A DNA stretch of 40,433 bases, taken from a virus. The stretch lies in the UHGV virus genome UHGV-0010553; one strand, given 5' to 3'. A program made the position numbers and the translations under genes. Shown here piece by piece: positions 26,869 to 34,620 of the stretch. Below the pieces are notes generated by a model. It searched no databases. It had not been told where the DNA came from and was given only the letters and a program-made list of their open reading frames with translations. Numbering within the stretch: position 1 is the stretch's first letter; each line of letters starts with the position of its first letter.

Positions 26869-27288
26869 ATGCTTGCATATCAATATAATGAAGATTCTAA
26901 GAAGTTTACAAACGAGATTACTTGCCAGAAAGACCCGTTAGAATCTGAAATGGCAGGTAAAGACATCTGGTTACTACCTGCTAATTCCACTTGGGAAAAA
27001 CCTTTAGAGCCTAAAGAGGGCTTTGAAGTTAAGTTTTTAGAGGGCAAGTGGCAGTATGAGGCTATCCCTGAACCTGAACCCGAGCCAGAGCCCGAACCGA
27101 CTGAAAAAGAAAAGATTGAGCGTGAAATTTGGAATCTCAAGGGCGAACTTAGCTCTACAGATTATAAGGCTATCAAATACGCCGAGGGTTGGATTAGTGA
27201 AGAAGAATACGCCCCTATTAAGGCAGAACGCCAAGCCTTGAGAGATAAGATTAACGAATTGGAAGAAAAGTTAAAAACGCTTGAATAA
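26869..27288 (+). CDS. Tail-fibre-associated protein (XkdW-like, putative fibre assembly/chaperone) with an (EP)n linker
   Basis: YNEDSKKF...DIWLLPANSTWEKPLEP...EPEPEPEPEPEP...; GAAAGG RBS. Confidence 0.4.
   Translation: MLAYQYNEDSKKFTNEITCQKDPLESEMAGKDIWLLPANSTWEKPLEPKEGFEVKFLEGKWQYEAIPEPEPEPEPEPTEKEKIEREIWNLKGELSSTDYKAIKYAEGWISEEEYAPIKAERQALRDKINELEEKLKTLE
27061..27096 (+). repeat. Simple (GAACCN)n / (Glu-Pro)n repeat
   Basis: cctgaacctgaacccgagccagagcccgaaccg. Confidence 0.8.
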
Positions 27289-27888
27289 ATGAACTATGCC
27301 TATCTAAGAATTAGCACCGTTGCACAAGACGAACAGAACCAACGCCAAGGCGTTGATTTGAAGGCAAAACAGCTCAATTTACAGATAGACAAATACATAA
27401 TTGACAAGGTTTCAGGATCTACATCTCCAAAAGTCCGAAATCTCGGTAAACTAATAAAGTGGCTAAAAACCGGTGACGTTGTGATTGTTTCAGAACTATC
27501 TAGGCTTAGCCGCTCTCTTTTTGACTTGTTTAATATTTTTCAAGCTATCCTTGCTAAAGGAATAAAACTCATCACTGTTAAAGAGAACTTTGTTGTTGAC
27601 GATTCTATCCAATCCAAGGCAATGATATTTGCATTTGGGCTAAGCGCAGAGATTGAAAAGAATCTTATCCGTGAGCGGACAAAGGAAGCATTAGAAAGAA
27701 AAAAGGCTCTGGGTGTACGCCTAGGGCGCCCACAAGGGGCAAAAACAAAAATCCATAAACTAGAACGCTATAAACAAAATATCGCTCTATGGCTTAAAAA
27801 AGGCGTTTCTAGACATAAAATAGCAAAGCGGTGTAAAGTATGCGATAAAACGTTAAGACGGTATATAAAAGCAAATAACCTCGGATAA
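27289..27888 (+). CDS. Serine recombinase, DNA invertase (Gin/Hin/Cin/Min-like)
   Basis: YLRISTVAQ (catalytic Ser), ELSRLSRS, ERTKEAL, and a C-terminal HTH RHKIAKRCKVCDKTLRRYIK. 199 aa, Hin/Gin size; sits among tail-fibre cassettes. Confidence 0.8.
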   Translation: MNYAYLRISTVAQDEQNQRQGVDLKAKQLNLQIDKYIIDKVSGSTSPKVRNLGKLIKWLKTGDVVIVSELSRLSRSLFDLFNIFQAILAKGIKLITVKENFVVDDSIQSKAMIFAFGLSAEIEKNLIRERTKEALERKKALGVRLGRPQGAKTKIHKLERYKQNIALWLKKGVSRHKIAKRCKVCDKTLRRYIKANNLG

Positions 27889-27997
27889 ACATTTTTTTTG
27901 CGCATTTTAGCCCATTTAGTGCCACTTTATGAGATTTTTTCTCAAAATAAGCCCTTAAAACGTCTAATTGTGGCAGATTCGCCATAATTAAAACATT

Positions 27998-28023
27998 TTA
28001 ACGAACCTTTAATTTGCCTAATG
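27998..28023 (+). other. Crossover site S3 (forward)
   Basis: ttttaacgAACCTTTAATTTGCCtaatgg. Confidence 0.6.
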
Positions 28024-28337
28024 GCTATTGGAGACTCACCGATGAGTTAGATGCAAGCACTGCAGTTACGAAATATGTCAACAATGAAACCTTTACGGAC
28101 GATGGATGGGCGGCGATTTCGGCTAAAGGAACTGATAGAGGAACTCCCACATATACTTGGAATGGACAATCGATTACCGGCTTTGCCAACGGAGCAAGTT
28201 ATTTGCAAATCCCCAATATATTGTCATTATCGCACCAGGCTGGTGATTCTTTTGCTGTTAATGGTGATGGCTCATATAGAGGATATATTGGAATGGCTTA
28301 TAAAAACCCTCGACAACTTTATTGCATAAAGTATTAG
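28002..28337 (+). CDS. Tail-fibre C-terminal cassette E (RTFNLPNGYWRLTDELD...LYCIKY). Near-identical inverted copy of cassette G.
   Basis: The frame opens at S3. Its 107-aa sequence is identical to ORF 31959..32282 except one residue (E/K). Confidence 0.6.
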   Translation, partial: RTFNLPNGYWRLTDELDASTAVTKYVNNETFTDDGWAAISAKGTDRGTPTYTWNGQSITGFANGASYLQIPNILSLSHQAGDSFAVNGDGSYRGYIGMAYKNPRQLYCIKY

Positions 28338-29434
28338 TATTTTATCGCATACTTAATACAAGTATCTTCCTCACTGATAATTCCTGACGTTTGCGAATCC
28401 GTGCTTATGCCCCAAACTCCGGTATTCGCCACAAATAATGAGGTGTTACCTAATACTCTATTGGTTGAAAATTGAAAGTAACCCCCCATACCAGAAGTCG
28501 CATTATTGCCGGGATAGCGAGTTTCTTTGGCATTTAAAACATTTAACCCTAAGCCGTTACCATCGCCAATAACGTTTCTCGTTAAGAACTGCCTATTCGG
28601 CAAATTAAAGGTTGATTTATCGTTCCCACTGTTTCTGGTATAAGTTGCGCCTGCCGAATCTGTGAATCCGGTGTCTGTGATTGTGGCAATAGTAGCGGTT
28701 ATTGAAGCTCCATCCGAACCATAGATAGCATCTCCAACTTCTGGAGTTGCTTTGTTAATAAAATAGTCAACACCTGATGAAGTGTATGCATAGATACCAG
28801 ATGAATAGATACCGCCGATAACGGCAAACAGGGCAGAATAAGTTGTTCTTGATACAGCTGAACCATCACAAATAAGGTAGCCTGCAGGAGCGGTTGAGGT
28901 AGACCAAGCGATGATTGCTCCGGTAGGATTACCTGCGGATTGTGTGGCGTTGTAAACCGCAGCAGATGACGGGTATTTTGTAGTTGAATCAGTCAGGTCT
29001 TGCTCCATATTAGCCAAGGTCTGAAGTCCTTGTGTAGTGTTGTAAACCAAATCCCAGTTATTGGCTGTAGTCGGAGCAATACCTGCTGTTTCATCAACTT
29101 TGCATTTATAGAGAGCGTAGTCAGAATCAGTGATAACTTTAACAACTGCGCCTTTATAATAAGTAGTTCCAGAATCATACTCAGGAATACCCTCTTGCAT
29201 AAGATAGGCAATCTGGCTTGTCTGCATATATTGAAGCCCTTGAAATTCCTCAAGAGGAGGTAGCTTTTCAGAAGAAATAGTTGCTGAGTTCCAACCTGTT
29301 TTATAAGCGTCCAAGGACTGAATTTGAGCAATATCATTTGATACAGTTCCAGTTCCTGCTTGTAAAGAGCCAAACACACCGTTATTGGTTGCATTTTCAG
29401 CAAATACTTTTTGAGTTTTTCTTGCAAGTTTCAT
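28334..29434 (-). CDS. Tail fibre protein, currently assembled. It has a constant N-terminal part with a phage tail-collar domain (29434..28614) fused at site S4 to a variable C-terminal cassette (28613..28334).
   Basis: AIIAWSTSTAPAGYLICDGSAVSRTTYSALFAVIGGIY...KSTFNLPNRQFL is a tail-collar signature; the TFNLPN is encoded by crossover site S4. C-terminus is CIKYAIKY. AGGAGAG RBS. Confidence 0.75.
   Translation of the reverse strand: MKLARKTQKVFAENATNNGVFGSLQAGTGTVSNDIAQIQSLDAYKTGWNSATISSEKLPPLEEFQGLQYMQTSQIAYLMQEGIPEYDSGTTYYKGAVVKVITDSDYALYKCKVDETAGIAPTTANNWDLVYNTTQGLQTLANMEQDLTDSTTKYPSSAAVYNATQSAGNPTGAIIAWSTSTAPAGYLICDGSAVSRTTYSALFAVIGGIYSSGIYAYTSSGVDYFINKATPEVGDAIYGSDGASITATIATITDTGFTDSAGATYTRNSGNDKSTFNLPNRQFLTRNVIGDGNGLGLNVLNAKETRYPGNNATSGMGGYFQFSTNRVLGNTSLFVANTGVWGISTDSQTSGIISEEDTCIKYAIKY
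28595..28617 (-). other. Crossover site S4 (reverse). It lies inside the expressed tail-fibre gene, at the collar TFNLPN motif.
   Basis: ggcaaattaaaggtt at 28599-28613. Confidence 0.6.
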
Positions 29435-29436
29435 AG

Positions 29437-30054
29437 CTACTCTCCTATTACTTCAATAATCTTATGATAGTTTAATGTTTCTCCGACTTTTTCGGGATTA
29501 TCATACGTCCTAAATCCCGTTTTGTAAAATGCGTATTGATTGTCGTATGTAACGAACCCGAATATTGGAGAATTTTGAACAATAACGTATCTAACGCCTA
29601 CTCCCATAGGGCGAGGTAGACAATCCTTCTGAATAGCCGCTATAACTACACGAGAAGCCCCTTCAGGAATAAAAAAGGTAAGTTCCATACCACCATTGGA
29701 TTCCGCCCTCACAGTTCGCCCAAAGAAGCTATATAATGCCGTGTCAATATCATAATGCGAACAGTTACTTGTGTTGGCAATACATTTAAACTTTAACAGA
29801 GTTCTAAACTCGTCATCTGTCAGTTCGATAATCTCGCCTTTAGTTCCGATATAGTATCTGTCAGTTCCGACATATTTAGCAAGAATATCTAATTGTTTAC
29901 CGACAGCGGTTTCAAGAGAAAATCCATCCCTGACAGCAAAAATCAAATCAACCGGAAACTGACTACCAATAGCCTTTATGGTTTCTTTTGCTTTGGGTTT
30001 ATCTCTATACTGTATAATTAAGAGTTCGGATAAATATTGTGCATAATCAAACAA
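29437..30054 (-). CDS. Baseplate protein gpI-like (P2 I / XkdU-like). TTG start immediately after the J stop.
   Basis: Position between gpJ and the fibre; ~200 aa. Confidence 0.4.
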   Translation of the reverse strand: MFDYAQYLSELLIIQYRDKPKAKETIKAIGSQFPVDLIFAVRDGFSLETAVGKQLDILAKYVGTDRYYIGTKGEIIELTDDEFRTLLKFKCIANTSNCSHYDIDTALYSFFGRTVRAESNGGMELTFFIPEGASRVVIAAIQKDCLPRPMGVGVRYVIVQNSPIFGFVTYDNQYAFYKTGFRTYDNPEKVGETLNYHKIIEVIGE

Positions 30055-31251
30055 TTATACCCCCCCCTGAACAGTTATATCAACCGTGGACAGGACAAAT
30101 TTCGTTGCAATAACAGGTGAAAGATACTCAACCCAATCTGTGCCGTTACTAGAGATTAAAACATTTAGAGCTAGACCTTCTCCACCATTAGCGTCAATAG
30201 CCGCTTGAGCGGTTGCTGTAAGAGAGGCTGTATCTGCATATCCACCAATCATAAAAGAAGTGTTATCGATGATATACTGCGAGATAGCGTCTGTATCAAA
30301 AGTAATGTCTGTTTTCAAAGACTTAATTGTAAATCTCATTTGAATATTTTGAGTTGTCGGTTCGCTCCACTTAGCAATAAACTGTTGGTTTGACGGAGTT
30401 GTAATAGTATATGAAATATCGCCTTTCATATCACAACCATAAGATTTTTTAACATATAAAGCGTTTGCAATATCTTTTGACGCTCCACCCTCTACAATAA
30501 GCCAAATACAATGAGGTGGGATACCCTTTGAATCGGTAACGCTAGAGTAGTTTTCATAAAGCGCACCATCCGTAACGCCGTTTAGTTGGAGGACATAAGC
30601 TAAAAGGCCGTTAAGGTATCCCGAAGAACCGATTGAAACAGATTGTCTGCGTCTGATTTTAAGAGAGGTATCTGTTTCTTCATTCTCTCCTAAAGTCAGT
30701 TGCGCACCAGTATTTATAACCGAAACCACGCCCAAAACAATAGTAACAGGAGTTGTGATAGTTTCAGGGATAACTTCCACCCTTCCAAGCTGTTGGGCGC
30801 GGAATAAAACACTATGCGTTCCAGCTGTCAGTGTTTGAGAGTTTACGAGAATAAACTGAGTTCCTGCGTTATCTTGAATCGTGTAACCAGTAGCGTCAAC
30901 ATCGTTATAATTTGCGTCTAGTCCTTGTAAAGATACTGTTCTGTCTACTGTTATTGAAATGTCTACCGTTGTGAAAGTTCCGCCTTTACGGAATACGTTA
31001 TTGATAGCACATCTCTCGTCAAGGAGTCTTCCTGAACAGTTATCGGGGTCAAAAGAATTATATAGTTGAACCAAGAGTTCTCTAATATCCGTCTGTCCCT
31101 GAGCAAAAATATTGATAGCCTGTCCATCAGGCGAGTTCTGCTCGACAGAAATATCATCTCCATATACAGTCTTAAAAGAAGTTGTCAAATCATCGACAAG
31201 CTCTGTATTTGTTGAAACCTGTAAACCGTTTGCGCTTAATGAATCGGTCAT
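30055..31251 (-). CDS. Baseplate J-like protein (P2 gpJ / Mu gp47 family)
   Basis: 398 aa, located between the gpW-like and gpI-like genes; GAGGT RBS. Confidence 0.55.
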   Translation of the reverse strand: MTDSLSANGLQVSTNTELVDDLTTSFKTVYGDDISVEQNSPDGQAINIFAQGQTDIRELLVQLYNSFDPDNCSGRLLDERCAINNVFRKGGTFTTVDISITVDRTVSLQGLDANYNDVDATGYTIQDNAGTQFILVNSQTLTAGTHSVLFRAQQLGRVEVIPETITTPVTIVLGVVSVINTGAQLTLGENEETDTSLKIRRRQSVSIGSSGYLNGLLAYVLQLNGVTDGALYENYSSVTDSKGIPPHCIWLIVEGGASKDIANALYVKKSYGCDMKGDISYTITTPSNQQFIAKWSEPTTQNIQMRFTIKSLKTDITFDTDAISQYIIDNTSFMIGGYADTASLTATAQAAIDANGGEGLALNVLISSNGTDWVEYLSPVIATKFVLSTVDITVQGGV

Positions 31252-31589
31252 ATCTTTACCTCAATAGTTTCATTGTAAATCGTCTTTAATCTTGCTGCGC
31301 AAGTATATACTCTACCAGCCATAGAGCTTTCAAAGAACGTAAGCTCAGTAACGCCTTCTTCTGTGGATATAATTCTTTTTATGGCGGAATCTGCGTCATC
31401 TTTTGAAACCTTAGAACCTAAGATATTCTTCCAGTCAACGCCCTTTTCCATATCAAAAAAGCAATCTCTATACCACGATAGGATTTTTGTCTTAATCGAA
31501 TAAGCAATAGCTAAAGCATCTGAGGAATAATCCTGCTTACCTTTTCCGAACAACCAATCGTGATTACTATCCAAAGCTCTAAATCTCAT
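31248..31589 (-). CDS. Baseplate wedge protein gpW / gp25-like
   Basis: 113 aa, upstream of J; typical gene order W-J-I-fibre. Confidence 0.45.
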   Translation of the reverse strand: MRFRALDSNHDWLFGKGKQDYSSDALAIAYSIKTKILSWYRDCFFDMEKGVDWKNILGSKVSKDDADSAIKRIISTEEGVTELTFFESSMAGRVYTCAARLKTIYNETIEVKI

Positions 31590-31606
31590 TTAACACCTCT
31601 ACAAGC

Positions 31607-31635
31607 ATAATATAAGACTTGATTAAAAAAATCAA
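31607..31635 (-). promoter_or_regulatory. Promoter TTGATT-N17-TATTAT reading into gpW-J-I-fibre. It lies inside the putatively invertible S4-S5 segment.
   Basis: Minus strand reads TTGATTtttttaatcaagtcttaTATTAT. Confidence 0.4.
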
Positions 31636-31649
31636 ATCATATGGAATTT

Positions 31650-31675
31650 AAAACGAACCTTTAATTTGCCTAATG
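31650..31675 (+). other. Crossover site S5 (forward)
   Basis: aaaacgAACCTTTAATTTGCCtaatg. Confidence 0.6.
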
Positions 31676-31962
31676 CTTCTGGCAAATCTCTTTATCAGAA
31701 CGACACTCTAGACATAGGTCAAGGAACACTTGGCGCTGTGCCGAATATTAGAGGAAGTGTTGAAATTAATACCGGTACACATACTTTTAATGGCGCATTT
31801 TATAGCACAAATGTTTCATATAGTCGCAGTGTATCATCTTCGACCCATACTACTGACGTTGCGTTAGGATTTGACGCCTCTAAATCTTCTTCCGTTTATA
31901 CGGACGACATAACTCGCGTAATCCCTGCAGCCATTCATATTGTTTTTGCGATAAAATACTAA
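31651..31962 (+). CDS. Tail-fibre C-terminal cassette F (KRTFNLPNASGKSLYQ...FDASKSSSVYTDDITRVIPAAIHIVFAIKY), homologous to cassette A
   Basis: Frame opens at S5; shares the N-terminal LPNASG and C-terminal motifs with cassette A. Confidence 0.6.
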   Translation, partial: KRTFNLPNASGKSLYQNDTLDIGQGTLGAVPNIRGSVEINTGTHTFNGAFYSTNVSYSRSVSSSTHTTDVALGFDASKSSSVYTDDITRVIPAAIHIVFAIKY

Positions 31963-32297
31963 TACTTTATGCAATAAAGTTGTCGAGGGTTTTTATAAGC
32001 CATTCCAATATATCCTCTATATGAGCCATCACCATTAACAGCAAAAGAATCACCAGCCTGGTGCGATAATGACAATATATTGGGGATTTGCAAATAACTT
32101 GCTCCGTTGGCAAAGCCGGTAATCGATTGTCCATTCCAAGTATATGTGGGAGTTCCTCTATCAGTTCCTTTAGCCGAAATCGCCGCCCATCCATCGTCCG
32201 TAAAGGTTTCATTGTTGACATATTTCGTAACTGCAGTGCTTGCATCTAACTTATCGGTGAGTCTCCAATAGCCATTAGGCAAATTAAAGGTTCGTTT
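31959..32297 (-). CDS. Tail-fibre C-terminal cassette G (inverted near-identical copy of E)
   Basis: Protein identical to cassette E except one residue; starts at S6. Confidence 0.6.
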   Translation of the reverse strand, partial: KRTFNLPNGYWRLTDKLDASTAVTKYVNNETFTDDGWAAISAKGTDRGTPTYTWNGQSITGFANGASYLQIPNILSLSHQAGDSFAVNGDGSYRGYIGMAYKNPRQLYCIKY

Positions 32298-32298
32298 T
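32273..32298 (-). other. Crossover site S6 (reverse)
   Basis: ggcaaattaaaggttcgtttt at 32278-32298. Confidence 0.6.
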
Positions 32299-32310
32299 TA
32301 GTTCTGCAAT

Positions 32311-32339
32311 TTGACAATTAAATTTAGTTTTCGTATTTT
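32311..32339 (+). promoter_or_regulatory. Promoter-like TTGACA-N17-TATTTT upstream of 32361
   Basis: ttgacaattaaatttagttttcgtatttt, then an AAAAAGGAG RBS. Confidence 0.35.
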
Positions 32340-32360
32340 ATCCTAAAAAGGAGTATAAAG

Positions 32361-32579
32361 ATGAGAGTTGGTAGCCAAATATTGATTGATAGAACGACAA
32401 CGGCAAGTGCTGCTTATGTCGGTGTTTCCGCTAGTGGAACAAAAGAAGGCGATCCCAACTGGTCTATCGAAAAAATAACCTATGATGAAGATGGAAAACC
32501 TATCTCTATTCAATGGGCAGAGGGAACTGATGAAGAAGTCCTCGTTTGGGATAACCGTGTAACATACAAGTATAAATAA
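32361..32579 (+). CDS. Small hypothetical protein (72 aa)
   Basis: Strong RBS. Confidence 0.45.
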   Translation: MRVGSQILIDRTTTASAAYVGVSASGTKEGDPNWSIEKITYDEDGKPISIQWAEGTDEEVLVWDNRVTYKYK

Positions 32580-33535
32580 TGATAACCGCTATTGACTTAA
32601 AGACTGGGAAGCCCTTACTCCTTGATATTGCCAAAGAAGAAATAACTCCCACCCTTGGCTCGCACTCCACATTAACAGACAGAACTATTGCCGACCAACA
32701 CCCTATTGGGTCTATTACTGGTTTGGAAACCCGTCTTTCAACTAATGAAGAAGACATCGCTACCCTTAAAAACGACAGGGACGATTTAGGCGACCAAGTC
32801 CACTCAATTCAAGCTGACGTAAACTCACTTAAAGATACTTCTGTTACTCTTACCGGAGAGCAGACGTTGTCTAATAAATCATTTAAAGATTCCCTGAAAG
32901 CAGTTGGAGATGAAACAATAGGAGAAACTTTTGAGGTTTCATTCCTTGCCGGAACTGCGCAGCTTGCAACAAACAATGGGTTAGATATTCTTTCGGAAAC
33001 TAACTTTTTAACCAATCCTCAAACAGAGGCAACGACTGATTGGGATTCTCTTGCTCCATCAGAATTGCCTAGCAAAAGTCAAGTTGCTCAGGCTATTTCA
33101 GAGGTTACAGGCTCTCACTTTGACAAGTGGGTTGCGATGGGAGCTCCAGAAGCTCTTACTCTTACGGAAACCCTGCAAAAGGTATATATCCCCGCGACAA
33201 CAAGATTTCCGAATATTCCGCCTGCAACATTTGAGCTTACAGAAGACGGGACAGGTATCACATTCAAAAAAGCCGGTTTAATTCATCTTAAGAGAAACGT
33301 ATCCCTTAGTGGAGCTAATCAGGTAAACCTTTATTATGAGGCTCGTATTAACGACCAACAGCTTGCACCTTTGCAGACACAAGCTGTTAGTGTTTCTGAA
33401 AACACGATGTCGTTTAGTATTGAATTTTATTGGCAAGTAACAGCTAATCAGACAATATCTATTTGGGCTAACTGCTTAACTGGAACAGCTCCCTTAAACT
33501 ATAAGGGAGTCTGCACAATGGTTGAATATCTATAA
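32579..33535 (+). CDS. Second fibre-like or receptor-binding protein candidate (coiled-coil N-terminus plus C-terminal beta-rich domain)
   Basis: LETRLSTNEEDIATLKNDRDDLGDQVHSIQADVNSLKD coiled coil, then a Ser/Thr-rich region. Confidence 0.35.
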   Translation: MITAIDLKTGKPLLLDIAKEEITPTLGSHSTLTDRTIADQHPIGSITGLETRLSTNEEDIATLKNDRDDLGDQVHSIQADVNSLKDTSVTLTGEQTLSNKSFKDSLKAVGDETIGETFEVSFLAGTAQLATNNGLDILSETNFLTNPQTEATTDWDSLAPSELPSKSQVAQAISEVTGSHFDKWVAMGAPEALTLTETLQKVYIPATTRFPNIPPATFELTEDGTGITFKKAGLIHLKRNVSLSGANQVNLYYEARINDQQLAPLQTQAVSVSENTMSFSIEFYWQVTANQTISIWANCLTGTAPLNYKGVCTMVEYL

Positions 33536-33796
33536 TTCGCCAATTTTAATAAGCAGATCCAAATTATTGATAATATATCCTCTTGCTCGTCTGTCCTGAC
33601 TTGCTTTATTGCGAACGTTTTTAATCATTCCGACACGAGAGAGAGCGTTTGTTATCTTGCGAACTGATGATTCTGATAGTTTAAATCTTTCAACAATCTC
33701 TTTGAAAGACACTTGTTCGTTTTTATAAATAAACTCCAAGATGTCTTCTGCGTGTTTATATGAAAGTGCTAGGAATAATTTTTGCCGCCTCGTCAT
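33530..33796 (-). CDS. Winged-helix transcriptional regulator (MarR/ArsR-like)
   Basis: VSFKEIVERFKLSESSVRKITNALSRVGMIKN. Confidence 0.5.
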   Translation of the reverse strand: MTRRQKLFLALSYKHAEDILEFIYKNEQVSFKEIVERFKLSESSVRKITNALSRVGMIKNVRNKASQDRRARGYIINNLDLLIKIGEL

Positions 33797-34130
33797 TTTT
33801 TTGCTCCAATTTTAAGTAACATTTTTTTAACCATTCGTCTTCTGTTAATCCGTTCTCTAATAGATGATCCTTTAAATTTTTTTGTGCCTTTTCTTGGAGA
33901 TATTTTGCCCTAAACGGGTTTTGTATCTCTATGTCTAATAATCCTGCGTGGTGTCTTTGATGTTCATCAAAAGTCAAAGGAATGATATTTAACAAATCCC
34001 ATCTCAAAAGCCTTATCGACCTATGGTAAAAATGGTGTCCACATTCTGCAGGAAAGCAAGAAACATAACTCCTTTGTTTGCTTGCCCACTCTTGAACCAT
34101 TCTATCCATTTTGAGTTCAATTTGTTTCAT
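33756..34130 (-). CDS. His/Cys-motif protein, DUF968/HNH-like (putative nuclease)
   Basis: CFPAECGHHFYHRS...IPLTFDEHQRHH. Confidence 0.35.
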   Translation of the reverse strand: MKQIELKMDRMVQEWASKQRSYVSCFPAECGHHFYHRSIRLLRWDLLNIIPLTFDEHQRHHAGLLDIEIQNPFRAKYLQEKAQKNLKDHLLENGLTEDEWLKKCYLKLEQKNDEAAKIIPSTFI

Positions 34131-34620
34131 ACCACCCCTTTGACATATCTTTCAATGCGTTTTCAAACTTCTTTCCGACTTTACTTGTAGATACTCCCGC
34201 CTCGCACATGTCATTTATGAGCTGATTCAGGGCTTGTGTGGCGTTTTCTCTGTTTGCCTCGCCCCAACTATGCTCTTTTAAGACTCTCCCCCTCAGGAGC
34301 TCAATAACAGCCTTCCTTTGCTCTTCTTTTAACGGAAGAACTTTAATTGCTTTCCAAACACACTCCTTTGTCCAGTCGTCAAGTTCAGAGATATACATTA
34401 TCTCAACAAGACTAGCAATCCATTTGTAGTGCCAACGCAAATCATTATAGGTAAGAAAACTAGAGCAACCGGAATCCCAAAAGATTCTCAAAAGTCCGTG
34501 GAAAGCCTTATTCTGTTTGTTGGTTTTATACTTTTTCTCGTCCACTACTTCTATAAAACCATAATCAGAATCAATCTCAATTCCGGTTAGCTCTTTTATT
34601 TTCTCTTTGCTGTAACGCAT
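34117..34620 (-). CDS. NinB/Orf-like recombination mediator (putative)
   Basis: NKQNKAFHGLLRIFWDSGCSSF...LRWHYKWIASL parallels the NinB QN(R/K)..W..L...W core; adjacent to the ERF annealase. Confidence 0.35.
   Translation of the reverse strand: MRYSKEKIKELTGIEIDSDYGFIEVVDEKKYKTNKQNKAFHGLLRIFWDSGCSSFLTYNDLRWHYKWIASLVEIMYISELDDWTKECVWKAIKVLPLKEEQRKAVIELLRGRVLKEHSWGEANRENATQALNQLINDMCEAGVSTSKVGKKFENALKDMSKGWYETN

Larger units (their letters stand above)
27998..28350 (+). repeat. Left copy of a ~350-bp near-perfect inverted repeat (partner 31945..32298)
   Basis: The encoded cassettes are identical but for one codon, and the flanks gcataaagtattagtattttatcgc are identical. Confidence 0.8.
31945..32298 (-). 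repeat. Right copy of the ~350-bp inverted repeat
   Basis: See 27998..28350. Confidence 0.8.

Noticed and set aside
28051-28329. Plus-strand ORF MQALQLRNMSTMKPL... inside cassette E, and its twin at 31967..32245
   Set aside because: These are alternative frames of cassettes E and G. They merely mirror the inverted duplication and lack RBS or start support.
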